Source: Callorhinchus milii
Taxonomy: Eukaryota
Direction: 5' to 3'
Assembly: GCF_018977255.1 (NCBI RefSeq)
Contig: NW_024704743.1
Location: forward strand, 72,790,001-72,854,000
Length of the DNA stretch: 64,000 nt
Shown: piece by piece, positions 1 through 13,030 of the stretch
How the letters are laid out: every line of letters begins with the position of its first letter
Numbering within the stretch: the stretch's first letter is position 1
The notes under the pieces: model-generated
The model's database searches: none
What the model saw: only the letters and a program-made list of their open reading frames with translations
Told to the model about the DNA's origin: nothing
Position numbers and translations under genes: made by a program

Positions 1-649
1 GATGGCCAAGTAAATAGCTTTCGTGCAAAAAACATCTGGCTTATTAAATATACCGATATATGCAATATACACATTAACTTAATAAACATAATGTAATAAA
101 TACTAAATTCAGTGAATATTAAAATAAAGCACTTAAGTATTTGTTGTACAAATCCTAGGTTCCTCTTAATGAGAAACCGGAGTTTGCTCCTCTTTGTTTA
201 GTTTATCAAAGTTTGGTGTAAAAGAATTCCAATCATAACTGCTAATTACAAATGGACAGTTTTAAAATGTTTCCATTTCACTGACTACAAGACTTGCCTC
301 TCTGACTAAAATACACTCCAAACTCTCAGTGCAAGATTACAGTAAAATGATAGATTGATTGATCGATCGCTGATCATTGCCACCTGCTGCTGTCCAAATA
401 TCTTTTGTTACAGAGCTTCTTCCACAAGAATAGCAGGTTCTAAATTCTCAACGTTGCACAACAGCCCCTACGCTATTCATATTAATTCAATGATTAGCTT
501 TTGTAATTATTGTCCGGCCAAGACAAGTTGCGGCTGGCCTACAATCCCTGCTTGTTGTGGAATCTCAAGAATTTAGAACCTGGGGTTCTTGTAGTAGAAG
601 CTTATGTACACAGTTAACGCGCTGTGCAGCACCAGCGAGATTTATTTAT

Positions 650-754
650 TTTTTAAAAATCGCGAGGTGCATAATTTTCTAAATCTGTTCGCGACCCTTT
701 GGCACATTCAGGTGACCCAATTTAGGGTCATGCTCCATTGTTTGAGAAACCCTG
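650..754. mobile_element. hAT-like DNA transposon end fragment
   Basis: Ends in gtttgagaaaccctg preceded by cgcgaccc/gggtca motifs, typical of hAT non-autonomous termini; the other end was not found. Confidence 0.4.
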
Positions 755-2292
755 CTGTGGAGGACTCCACTGGCCTCCAATTTTTCCCATTAACTCACCT
801 CCCCCTCCCATTTTGTAAAGCACTTGCCCACCATTTAAAAAAACAGCTCAATGTTGTGATGGGAAGGGTGAGTATTTGGGAAGGTTGAGATAAGATGGGT
901 TGAAGGACCTTCTGCATTTTAGCTCTGGTGTTTGTGCTCTACCCACAGCAGGTTTCTTAACCTTATTTTGTGCTTCCTATCTACTTAAGCATGCAGGTTG
1001 TATCCAGAAAACAGTTCAGCCTAAAAACTTACAGGATTCTGAGCATAAAAGGATTTTGCAGGGAAGCCGGGTGGTCCAAAGTTACAAGCATTCCATTCTG
1101 CTGGGATTATTAAATGACACTCTGCTAACCTCATACCACCAGGATTATACCCACTCCTCAGAAGAGTAGCGGAACTGTCAAAAGGAGGCATTACTAATTA
1201 TGCTGCTGGAGATTTTAAGAATTAAGTCCCGGAGGCAGCAAAAGACTTTAAACACATTTAATCCTTTCTCAAGAAAGCTTTAAGGGACGTTGGTCACATG
1301 GCCAGTTAGCTCATCAAAAATGAGGAGCTTCACAAAGCCACAGATTTTGGCCAGACAGCTGGAACAACTGTTAGTCTTGGTAGCTGTTCATACATTTCCC
1401 ATTCAGTCAACACGTATTCCTCAACTCTAGTGTACAGCAAATTAGTCCATAACAGTAAATGTCAAACGTCAACATTAAAGCTGTATTGCCCCAAAGAAAT
1501 TGACATTATTTCTAGAAAATTGAAGTTTAGGTAGGGGTGGGGAGTAAAGTGGATAGAGGGAAAAAGAAGGAGAAACTATATTCACCCAAAGAAGTTATGG
1601 CATAGTATTGAAAAGAACATTAAATTAGATAAAATATATTTCTCCCTCCTAAAAAAAACTAAATGGTTTATCATAAAATAATTATGCTTATATTTGATAT
1701 AGAGCCTTTCACATCAGGCAGATGTTTCAAAGCAATGGATGTTTTAAAGTTAAGTATGAAATTTTGTCTGACCAGTCAAATTATGCACAAGCACTGTACG
1801 CCTACGAATGAAGCCTGGGAATCTAAACTCAACTGATTCATCAGGCTACATTATCTCCTTCCACCATTGAGGGCCAAGGTTTCAGCCATTGTATCTCTGT
1901 TATAGGAATCTCCCTTTCAAAATTCCTTCATCTTGGTCCTTCGCTCCCTAACTTAAAAAATATATTTAAAAAACTTGTTCTCCTCCGTGTCAGGATCTGT
2001 GACCCTAAGTCTCTGGTTCACTCTGTGCATGGTACTATATAAGGGTAAATTGTCATTGCACAAATCAAATTAGAGAGGAATAGGCATAGTCATTCTCAAC
2101 CACCATCAAACAACTTTTCCATAAAAGACAGGATTCAGTTGAAGATATTCAATGGTAAATAACATATCTGTCTTTTATAAGATTAAACAACTAACAATTG
2201 CATTTGATGTTTCCTCATATTGACATGACAAAGTGCTGAACATAGAAGACTACTTTGAAGTCTAAAAACTGTTAGGTATCAGCAACATCCCA

Positions 2293-3075
2293 CAAACAAC
2301 AACTTGCACTTATATAGTGTCCTCCATGCAGGGTAGGTCTCAGAGCGCTTAACAGTGGTGGAGCCTGACTCCGAGCCGGGGGGAGATGGCTATAAGCACT
2401 GTCGAAAAGGAAGGTTTTCAGGTGGGACTTGTAAAAGGGGAAAGAGGGGGCAAGGCAGAGGGATTGAGGGAGAGTGTTCCAGAGTTCTGTGAGGGACGAG
2501 CAGGAGGCACCGGGTGGTGGATTGGGGAGTGAGGTGGTTGGGGAATGAGGAGGTTGGAGAGGTAGGGAGGTGCCAGAAAGTGAAGGGATTTGAATACGAG
2601 TGTGAGGATCTTGAAGTCGATCCATTTGGTGATGGGGAGCCAGTGGAGCCCGGCCAGAACTGGTGAGATGTTGGTACGGAGTTTGGTCTGGGTCAGTATG
2701 TGTGCAACAGAGTTCTGAATGAGCTGGATTTTTTGAATAGTGGAGCTGGGGAGACCGGCGAAGAGTGCATTGGAGTAATCTAGCTGGGAGGTGACAAATG
2801 CATGCACAAGGGTTTCGTCTGCATTTGTGGTAAGGTACGGTCAGAGGTGGGCAATGTGGCGGAGGTGGAACAAATGACCGAAAAAGGGGAGGAAGGATAG
2901 CTGGGGGTCCAACCGGACGCCTAGATTGCGAACTAGTTCATTGAGTCTGAGGGACAGCCCATCGGGGTTAAAGAGTTGAAATGTGCAGGAGTGAAGATGT
3001 TGACAGGAGCCAAAGAGTTTGGCTTCTGTCTTGTCCACGTTCAGCTGCAGAAAGTTTGCACTCATCCAGAGCTTC
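2293..3075 (-). mobile_element. L2 LINE 3' fragment, older subfamily
   Basis: Broken ORF2 C-terminus (NFLQLNVDKTE, HAFVTSQLDYSNAL, LHWLPI) and (TTG)n tail. Confidence 0.9.
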
Positions 3076-3632
3076 TCTCAGAGCTCAACCTTTCAACCAA
3101 AACCTTTCGACCAAAAGCTAGATATACAGTCCAAGTAAGCCAAAACCAAACTGGCACAGCGTGAAAAGTTTATCAAACAGGTTAGTTCTGATTGATCAGT
3201 ATTTTCTTATCTTGTAAAGAAATACATCATCAAGAGAATCGACCATTAAGTGCGTCAATAGATCCACCGGCAGTCAGAGCTGCAGCTTTACCATTAAGTC
3301 AAGAAACTTCTGACTTATCACATCAGAACAAACTGATCTTTACATGAAAGCTCAACAATGTCTGACTCATCACAAACTTAATATGTCAAGGACCGCACTT
3401 GGGGTAAATCAATCAATATAACTGGTTGTTAGAAGTGACCAGAATAGGATTCATAGCATAGAAGTACTGAAGCAGAATCCACAAATTATCCTAAAAAAAA
3501 TGAGATAAGATGCTTGAATAAGAGAAATAAAAATAAAGGTGTTGTGGAACAAGCAAGAGAGTGAAATTAGATTTGGGTGCGCAAGTGGAGAAAAAAATCA
3601 GCATAGACTTTTTAGACTAAATGGCCTATTTA

Positions 3633-5072
3633 CAACAACAACAACAACAACAAGATTCCATTTATAAAGCGCCTTTCACGTCAGGAGGACGTCCCAAGGC
3701 GCTGCACAGTTGGGTCATGACCCGAGCAGGGGGGAAATGGTCAGGGTGAGGGGAGGGGAGGGAGCGAGGAGGGGGGAAATGGTCAGGGTGAGGGGAGGGA
3801 TGGGAGGGAGCGAGAAGGGGGAGGAGAGTCGAGAGGGGAGCTGAAGGCTCGGTCAAAGAGAAAGGTTTTGAGACCGGCCTTGAAGGAGGAGAGGGAGGAA
3901 GCGGCGAAGGCACTGGGGGATAGAGTTCCAGAGCCTCGGGGCTGAGAGGCTGAAAGCCCGACCACCAATGGTAGGGCGATTGGGGCGGGGGACGGGAGCA
4001 GACCGGAGCCGGAGGAACGGAGGGTACGGGCAGGTAGGTAGGGGGATAGTAGGTTGGAGAGGTAGGAGGGAGCAAGGCCGTGAATGGCCTTGTAGGTGAG
4101 GATGAGGATCTTGAAATCAATCCTCTGGGGGATGGGGAGCCAGTGGAGGCGAGCGAGGGTGGGAGTGATGTGGTCCGAAGCCTGGTGCGGGACAGTACAC
4201 GAGCTGCAGAGTTCTGAATGACCTGCAGCTTGTGGAGGGAGGTGGCGGGAAGGCCGGCGAGGAGAGAGTTCCCATAGTCCAGCCTTGAGGTGACAAAGGC
4301 GTGAACCAGGGTTTCAGCAGCGTGAGGGGTGAGGTAATGGCGTAGTCTGGCGATGTTCCGGAGGTGATGGAAGGCGGTGCCAGTTGTAGTGCGGATGTGA
4401 GGGAGAAAGGACAGCTCAGGGTCGAACAAAACGCCGAGGTTCCTGACTGGCTTTGAGAGGTGGAGAGTGCAGCCTTGGATGCTGATGGTGTCAGCGCCTG
4501 AGGTGCGGAGGCGCTGACGCGAACCAATCAGGAGGGCCTCGGTTTTTCGCACGTTGAGCTGAAGAAAGTTGTCTCTCGTCCAGGACTCGATGTCGGACAG
4601 GCAGACTGTCAGGACATCGGTGGTCGTGGAGTTGAGAGAAGAGGAGGAAAGGTAGAGTTGGGTGTCATCCGCATACATGTGGAAGTTAACTCCATGTCTG
4701 CGGATGATGTCACCAAGGGGGAGCATATAGAGGGTGAAGAGGAGGGGACCGAGGACAGAGCCCTGAGGGACTCCACATGAGACAGTGCGGGGGGTGGAGG
4801 AGAAGCCATTCGTCGAGACAAAGTGAAGACGGTGAGAAAGGTACGACCTAAACCACTCAAGGACAGTGCCTTGAAGGTTGAGGTGGGAGGACAAGCGGTG
4901 GAGTAGGATAGCGTGGTCGACCGTATCGAATGCTGCCGATAGGTCGAGGAGGACGAGGAGGCAGAGGGAGCCCTGGTCACAGATGGTCAGGATATCATTG
5001 GTGACCTTGACCAGGGCAGTTTCTGTGCTATGGGCAGCACGGAAACCTGACTGAAGGGGTTCGAAAAGAGTG
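3633..5072 (-). mobile_element. Young 5'-truncated L2 LINE with near-intact RT domain
   Basis: [48 protein letters not shown]; frameshift near 4175; (TTG)n tail; 7-bp TSD CTATTTA at 3626-3632 and 5073-5079. Confidence 0.97.
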
Positions 5073-6039
5073 CTATTTAAGTGCTTAAATATCTTAGAAG
5101 CAGTCAAATCTCTAAGGACATTAACTGAAATATGAATACATTTAAAATTATATGGCAATAAACACCAGTGAGAATCAGGACAAAAGTGAATGGTTTAAAA
5201 CAATAGGCCAGAGGAATGAGAGCCAATACCCAAATAAACCAACTGGAGAATATTACTGAAAGATATCTCGGTTGGGGTAAAATCCAATACATTAAAACAT
5301 TAATGGAGTCAGCAAGTATTATATATATATATATAGACAAGAAAAATAAGTGAATGTTAAATAAGCATTTCTAAATACATGAAATAAAAGAGCAAATAAA
5401 AGTGGAATAAATGTTTAAAAATCATTAAAGGTGTACAAGGAAAAGGGAAAGAGAGTCATCTTAGAAGAAGCAAAGGGATTTAGTAAAAAGGTATACGAGG
5501 GAAACTGGAAGTGCAAAGAGGATTGGAAAGATGAGAATGTTGAATGAGAATACAAAATACTCCTTCAGCTTCATAATTATGGAAGAGAAATTGAGGGGTA
5601 GACCTGTAAAAGTCAAAAGTGGGAATGGAGTTAAAAAGTTAAAACAGCTGAATCATCAATTAGTTTCTAGAACTATTGACTGGAGAGCAAGATCAAGAAA
5701 CCAGTTATTGATGTGTTTAGACTTGACTGTGGCCCTTGACATATTTAGTTTGTGATGAGTCAGAAATTACTGAGACTTTGATCTAAAGATACATTTGATT
5801 TTGATAATAATCTGATTTCATTAACACACCTTTTATGCCTTTGTAGAAAATTTTGGATAGTAGCATTTAATAAGTTCAGGGATAGGGGAAGAACCCTGGC
5901 CTATATGGCATATATCTAACAGTGATGGAAAACACATAGCATAATATTTGCAGGGCATTGAGTATTAAGATGGCAGCAGCATCATGTAATAGCAAAGTTC
6001 TGCAGGATAACAATAGGGAAACTTAATATTTATTTTTAA

Positions 6040-6325
6040 GCTTGGCTCATTTGCTAACAGTCTTGCCTCAGGGTCAGAAGGTTGTGAGTTCAAACCCACA
6101 TCAGAATTTGAGCTCATAATCCAGTCTGATACTTGACTGGGGGTAGAGGGGGAACCCTGCATTGTCTTGAGGGCCAGATTAATTGGTCAGTCGCCTCATA
6201 GCTGTTTTGGGACCTACAATGGGGCAAACGACTCCTCTGCCAATAAATAGTGATCACTCACAGTAATCATCTGTGAAGGGCTGGAGAGAATTCAATAAGG
6301 CATTACAAAAATACAAGTTCTTTCT
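6040..6325 (+). mobile_element. Old tRNA-derived Deu-type SINE, degenerate
   Basis: Head tggctca...tcagaaggttgtgagttcaaaccc shared with copies near 11610, 30320, 31520 and 36070. Confidence 0.55.
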
Positions 6326-6389
6326 TTAAAAGGAAGATATATTTTACCTGGTCAATTGTAGGATCACTAGCCTAACATCATCCAAGGAT

Positions 6390-7160
6390 GCATACTCTAC
6401 CTCACTGAGCCAGTCCGGAACCTTGGCAGCTTGTTTGATCGTCAACTGTACTTCTATCCCACATCCGTGTCATGAACTGCTCTGCCTTCCCCATCTCCAC
6501 TACATTGCCTAGTTCCACCACTGCCTCACCCCTCAGGCCACCAAAACCCTCCTACGTGCATTAATCGCATCTAGACTCAACTACGCCAACTCTCTGATTG
6601 TCGGCCTCTCCATCTCTTCCCTCCATAAGCTGCAGATCATCCAGAACGCTGCAGCTCATGTCCTCTCCCGCATCAGGCTCCATGACCCCATCACCTCACC
6701 TTCGCCCAGCTCCACTGGCTTCCCATCTCCCAGAGAATAGAGTTCAAAATCCTCGCCTTCGCCTTCAAGGCCCTCCATGGCCTTTCCCCTCCCTACCTCT
6801 GCAACCTGCTGTCCCCATATCAACCTGTCTGCTCCCTTCGCTCAGCATACTCTGGACTGCTCCATGTCCCCCGATCAGGCCTGCCCCACCATCGGAGGTT
6901 GGGCTATCAGCCTCTCCACCCCCACCCTTTGGAACTCCATCCCAAACTCCCTTTGACTCGCTCCCTCCCTTGCCTCCTTCAAAGCATGTCTCAAGACCCT
7001 CCTCTTCAATCTTGCCTTCGGCCAGTCTCCTACTCTCCCTGCTCTCCACCCTCCAACCTCAACCCCACTGCTCAGGTCCAAATCCCTGACTGTCCAGCAC
7101 TTTGGGATGTCCTCCGGATGTGAAAGACATTATACAAATGTAATTTTGTATTTTGTATTG
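6390..7160 (+). mobile_element. L2 LINE 3' fragment
   Basis: Homologous to the 3633 copy in opposite orientation; 3' stem-loop gggatgtcctccggatgtgaaag and tail. Confidence 0.9.
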
Positions 7161-7194
7161 TACGTAATAGTAAAATAATGGAATCTATTCTGCA

Positions 7195-7380
7195 AAAATA
7201 ACTTGCATTTATAATAGTGTCCTTCAGTTGGGGTAGCACCTCTGAGTGCTAAACATTAACGGAGCTTGATGCCGAGCCAAGGATAGAGAAAGAATGGGGT
7301 GTCAGGCTCCCCCAGTGTTAAGTGCTCTGAGACACTAGCCTGCTTGGAAGCGCTAAATAAGTGCAAGTTATTGTTGTCGT
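7195..7380. mobile_element. Two short L2 3'-end fragments in opposite orientation
   Basis: aataacttgcatttat...ctctgagtgctaaaca (minus) and tgttaagtgctctgag...ataagtgcaagttattgttg (plus), both resembling the tail of the 2293 copy. Confidence 0.7.
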
Positions 7381-7748
7381 TATAATAATAATCCTTACAT
7401 TTTGTTATAGCGCCTTATCAAGTCTTCGAGACATCTCAAAGCACTTCATAGAATATACTGCAAAGTGAAGTGACTGTATATTTTGTGGGCAAAATGCAGC
7501 AGCCAACTGCACACAGCAGTGTCCCACGAACAGTTATGGATTGAAGTTATTAACAATTTATTATTATTTTTGAAGGAATTATTATCCCTGGAATAGCGAT
7601 CTGCCAATCAACTAACAACCAGTTTCCTACTTACTGCTAGGTAAACAGAGGCATGTAGAATAAGGAAACTTGCTCAACATTTCACCCTACCAGGAATCGA
7701 ACCCAGGTCTCTCGCTTGCGAGGCGAGCGCTCTAACCACTGAGCAACA
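7381..7748 (-). mobile_element. tRNA/Deu/L2-tail SINE, long form
   Basis: A box gctcagtggttagagc, B box ggttcgattcc, Deu-like core, L2-like tail with (ATT)n. Confidence 0.92.
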
Positions 7749-9176
7749 AGTGTAAAGAATGCCTTATTAAGGACTTAACTATTATACCCATTGGTAGGCT
7801 GCAATGAAGTCCATGATAGGGCAGAACTTACTTGAATTAATGAACTCATTTTGACAGACTCCATACATGGTCAGCATGGCAGTGTCACTTCACAAGTTTG
7901 GAAGAAGGCCCTTCCGCCCATTTGATCTCATCCTTCAAGAATTCTCACCCAATAGACTTCCCATTACAGCACCAAACTGTTTTTCAAATGAGTCCAGAGC
8001 CTTGGGCTCAATGACCCTTCATGTAACCTATCCTATTGATTAATTACCTTCTGGGTAAAGAAATAAAATGTTAGTGGGAGTGGGGTAATCTCCAGGCCAG
8101 ATGGTATATATCTCAAGTTGCAACCTTAGATCTTATTTAAGGCAACATAAGCTTTCTCAAAATTGTTCCTAGAATAGAAATTCATAATATATTTCTTGAT
8201 TACTTGGCTGACAGAATTTTGTTAAGCCTTGAAACCGGATCTGGTTTTTACCCGACTCAACTGGTGTTTTCAGTTCACTGGCAGAAAATGCACAGCCCCA
8301 GAATATGTGAGCTCACAATAGCTCTGTCCTCACTAAGCTTAATGCTGGTCTCCTCACGGTCACATATCAGTAGGACTATCAACACTCAGGAAATGGGCTC
8401 CATAAGCACTGGCATTTCTAAAAGATGGCAACTGTGACTGGCTCTGGCTGATATGTGCAGATCAGAGGCAGCGAAGGTGATTTACCCTGTGTCTAAAATA
8501 GATAGGATAATATTGGCACCAGCAGCATCCCTTGGAACATTTGTTCATTTCACTCTACAAAGAAAATACTGAATAAAATACTCCAAGTATAACACATAGC
8601 ATCCTATCTATTATTAACAACAATAATCCTTACATCTGATACAGTGCCTTTCACAGTGGGAGGACATCTCAAAGGTGTTCACAGGTGTATAAGGTGGAGT
8701 GACTGTGTGTTTTTGGGCCAACATGGTTGCCAATTTGCGCACGTCAATAATAAATGCAAATTAAAAAACATCTTTAGAAAGAACTAGAGAGAAATCCACA
8801 TGGGAATGCTCTTGGAGGACACAAGGAGAGGTACGGACTGAGATGTACAAATGTCTCATGGCACATAATGGTTTCTACGAGGCTGGAGAGAAGAAATTAG
8901 CAAATGATGTTAGAGAAATAGAAACTGTCTAGGATTGATTCGGGAGAAAATGTGGGGATGGAATTGAAAGGATGATTATCCTGGAATTTTTATTCAATTA
9001 CATCTGAAGATCAAAAATTCCTACATGCAGCTTTCCCGCAAGAGATACAGCAAGAGGCCTGGAGTCTAGTTTTGCATGGACTGGAAGAAAATGACTTGAT
9101 GGGTTGAACATCTTTTGTATCCTTTGTTATGCTTTTGAATCCTAGTAATCCTAAAATCCTAGTTTAAATCCTAGAT

Positions 9177-9290
9177 CCGTTTCCTCCACAAAATACACAG
9201 TCAATTCACTTTACCGTATATTCTGTGAAGCGCTTTGAGGCATCTCAACAAAGTGATAATGCTCTATATCAAATGCAAGGATTGTTATAA
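9177..9290 (+). mobile_element. SINE 3' fragment
   Basis: cagtcaattcacttta...gaagcgctttgag...aaatgcaaggatt. Confidence 0.85.
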
Positions 9291-10718
9291 GTAGTAATCA
9301 CTGCTAACTTGACTTGATACCCACATACAATATTTTCCACACTGGCATAAAAGGCTAGTGTTTGAGAAAATGATAAAACTAAGGGTCACAAGCAACAGTC
9401 GTACTTTTCCTGACACCAATATAGAAGAGTTCTTCAGGGGAACGGATAAATGATTCAGAAGGTTACGGTTCAGAAGGTTAACCATTCAATGCTTATTTCA
9501 TTCCCACTTCTTACACTGGTGGGAAATATATTCCCTAGTGAAAGAATTTTAACATTCGACATTGNAAAAAATCGAGGGACAATGGCTGCAGAAAGGGATT
9601 TCCTGATAATTTATGGCCCTTTCTCTATTTTGAAACTTACTTTAAAATGTTCATCTTTTGATGAGAAGCAAAGCTGACCTGCTGATCAGAGATCAGGAAC
9701 TCCTTGAGGCTCTCAAATTGGTAACACACAGACAAGACAGGAAATTGAGAGCAGGACAACATCATTAGTGAGGATCAAGAATTAACCTTTGCATGAGGGC
9801 AAGATATTTTCATAAAAGAGCAACTATAATAATAAGGGATGCCTTATAAGTATGATATATCTGAATAGTCACTGGTGATAACAATTGACAAGTCTAAAAT
9901 CTTGTTCCCACAAATATCATCAGTTGTAGCACCTTTTGAATCATAGAAATGTAAAAATTTACAGCACAGAAGAAGGTTATTCGGCCCACTGTGTCTGTGC
10001 TGGCTTTTTTAAAGAACAATCATGTCAGATCACTCTCCCTCTCCCGGTTACCTCCCTGACATCCTCTTTTACTTTTTCTATAATCTTTGGCCCCTTTTTC
10101 ATGATGCTTTATTTTCTGGCTCAACTTTTTGTTCCCACACACAGATACTTCCCTGCCATATTAGTTTAAATCCTTCTTGACTCTGACTAAGAATGTGGGT
10201 TCAAGTTCCAGGCCAATATTCCAGCGCAGTACTGAGAGGAATGTTGCATTGTGATCTTTAAAGTCATTAAGTGGAAAGAGGAGGAAGTTTCTCCAATTCC
10301 TGGTAACCAATTCTTCACATTAATTAGTCATTAGCACGTGGCTGTTTGGAGGACCTTGCTGTCACAAATAGTTCTCACATTTGCCTGCAAAACAATCACT
10401 ACACTTGACAGTGGACACTTCATATTTAACTATGAAGCACTTTGAGAAATTTCAGCATTCTAAGCCACTATAACAATTCAAGTCGATTCCTTCAATATGA
10501 TTTCATTAATAACAGTAATAATAATAGTAATAGCATGCTTGATCTGTGTGTTTTTAATTGTTGTATTTAAATTTTTGATGACATTTTGAGCTCCATAAGG
10601 ATGGGATAGCACATTTTCATTCCAGGAGACATCAAACACACCCAAGCACTGAATAGGCCAATTGCAGATAAAAGCTCCCTACAACTCTGCCACAATGATA
10701 AGCAACTCCAATCTTAGA

Positions 10719-10900
10719 CATAATAATAATCCTTGCATTTGATATAGCGCTTTGTCATGTCTTCGAGGCATCTCAAATCACTTCACAAAATATACTGTAA
10801 AGTGAATTGACGGTTGAGGATTGAGAGACCAACTTTTTTAAGGGAATATTACACCCGGAAAAGTGATCCGCCAATCAACTAACTGGGTTCCTGCTTACTG
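10719..10900 (-). mobile_element. SINE, internally deleted fragment
   Basis: taataatccttgcatttgatatagcgc tail plus long-form middle segment. Confidence 0.85.
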
Positions 10901-11605
10901 TATGCCTAAAGCACAGGGAACAGAGAGGGAAAAAACATTTCCCCACCCCACCCCCGATCATGTTAAAAAATGTACACATTATTTTCTCCATCATACCCTT
11001 CAGTCAATTTTGATTTGTTTACCAAACAACTATCAAATTTCCTTTGGAATTTCCTAGCTCAATTTGCCTCCACCACCTCCTTGGGTGGTCTGTTTCACAC
11101 ATTTACCAGCCTCTGTGTAAAGTAATTAAATCTAAACTGCTCACCTTGCCTCTTCTGAGCTGGAGTTTGTGCATGTCTTGCTGTAACAGTTTGACTATGT
11201 TAAATATATTTGTAGCTCAGTTTACCTTTACAAAGCACGAGTGTAAATTGTTCTGCATCCCATAATAGCTATCTTTGTGGCTTCTGAGTGTGCTGCCAAT
11301 TTCTATTAATTATTAATTTTGGAATCACACTGAATACCAACTGGGTTAAAATGGTCTCCAGTTCATTCTACAATTAAAAAAAATACAATTTGGCTTGGAT
11401 TCAAACTCAGACCCAAAAGTGAAAGAATACGGTTCTAACCCGTTTGTCCAACCAGTCTCCAGTTTATATATTTAACGTTGAGATTATGATTTTGACATTT
11501 AACATTTTATGTTGATGGTTAAAAAGAAAAGCTTTAAAATGAATAATGCTGACAATTTTTAATATCATTTTCGATGTACCACATGATCTATATAGCTAGA
11601 TTTGT

Positions 11606-12060
11606 GAGTCTGGCTCAGTTGGTATCACCTGACTTTGGAATCAGAAGGTTGTGGGTTCAAGCCCTATGTCAGGATTTTGCCATGGTCTGGGCTGACACTC
11701 CAAAGCCGTGCAATGCTGGGGGGACTAATGCTCTGAGACACTATCCTTCGTGAAGGGTCCTATATAAATCCAAGTTGCTGCTATTGTTGCTTTGTAGGAG
11801 GTGTCAATTCTTCAGATGAGATGTTAAAGCAAGGTCCTGTCTACCTAACCCAGATGAGATCTCGTGGCACTATTTGAAAAGAGAAAGGCTTTTCTCCTGG
11901 GATTTTAGCATACAATCTTTCAGATAAAATTGGTCATTCCTTTCATGGCTGTTTGAGACATTGCTATGCACAAATTGGTTGAACCTTTCACCTATAAATA
12001 CACAGTCACAACCTTTTGAGACCTTTTGACAATGTGATAAGGCACTATGATAATAATCCT
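11606..12060 (+). mobile_element. Old Deu-type SINE with an internal L2 tail fragment
   Basis: tggctcagttgg...tcagaaggttgtgggttcaagccc head; Deu-like ggctgtttgagacattgctatgcacaaattgg; L2 tail near 11720-11790. Confidence 0.65.
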
Positions 12061-12479
12061 TACTTTTGATGTATTTTAAATATATGTCAACCTCATACTT
12101 CCTTTCCCTTTTGTGGTTATCCTGACAAAAAGCTACAATTAATGGAACACTTTGAGGGTCTCCAAAGGGATGTGTGTATCTTTGAGTTAAATAATGCTAA
12201 AATAGATTTTCACATATTCCTGGAGGATCCAGTTCATACAATATTCAAAGTTTATGGTAATACAGTAAAATAATTAGAATGTTATGGTTTCACTAACTGG
12301 CTTCTATTTTGTCAAACACCTTCACTATTCTTACACAATTTCCTTTAAAAGTCCATTAAAACACACAGCTTTATTTGTACGTTTGTGCATTTGGGGAGGG
12401 AAGGAGAAGCTCACACTTTTATAAAGGTCTCCTCTGCCAAACAGGAATGAATAAATATATGCATTATGTTTAAATGCTA

Positions 12480-13030
12480 CACCTGGTAGACAAAGGAAAA
12501 TTCAGCAATTATTATATATTTAGATTTGGACACAATATCACACAGGAGATTGGTCCACAAGGTCATAGGGCATTGAGCAGGGAGGGGAGCCTCTGAAGTA
12601 GATCGGAAATTGGCTGAACTAAAGGAAGTAAAGAGAAGTTAGGAGCTGCATCGGCATAGATTGAGGTGATAGTGTGTTTGTGTTTACTTTTCACGTAAAT
12701 TGTTTGGAAATGAGGCAGAAAGAAAGTAGTGTAGGTTTGTTGATAGCAGATCGCATTTAACATGGATATGTGCAAAGTAATGAGACTGGGAATACAGTGC
12801 AACAACAAAATAAGGATAACATATTGCAGTGGACAACACAGAGAATAGCTTGGGTATGATGGTAGAGCATTCACTGAAAATGACAGGAGTAAATCAGCTC
12901 AAGGAACATGATGGTTAAGATGTACAGAGATGTAATCACTTTCCATAGACCTTGATGACTATAAGGAACAAAGTGCCCAGGGAATGAATGGACCGAAACA
13001 CTGTACAAATATAAGAACTGGACACAGTTT
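12480..13030 (+). mobile_element. Degenerate CR1 LINE RT-region fragment
   Basis: gtagacaaagg...tatatttagattt...cacacaggagattggtccacaagg, and tggcagat-like/tttaacatggatatgtgcaaagtaatg CR1 motifs. Confidence 0.6.

Noticed and set aside
3662..5158. 498-aa ORF as a host or domesticated RT gene
   Set aside because: It is a 5'-truncated L2 with tail and TSD; the N-terminus comes from flanking DNA and the C-terminus is out of frame after about 4175
8230..8535. LF-SINE-like ancient element
   Set aside because: Only a few short word matches from memory; cannot be supported without alignment
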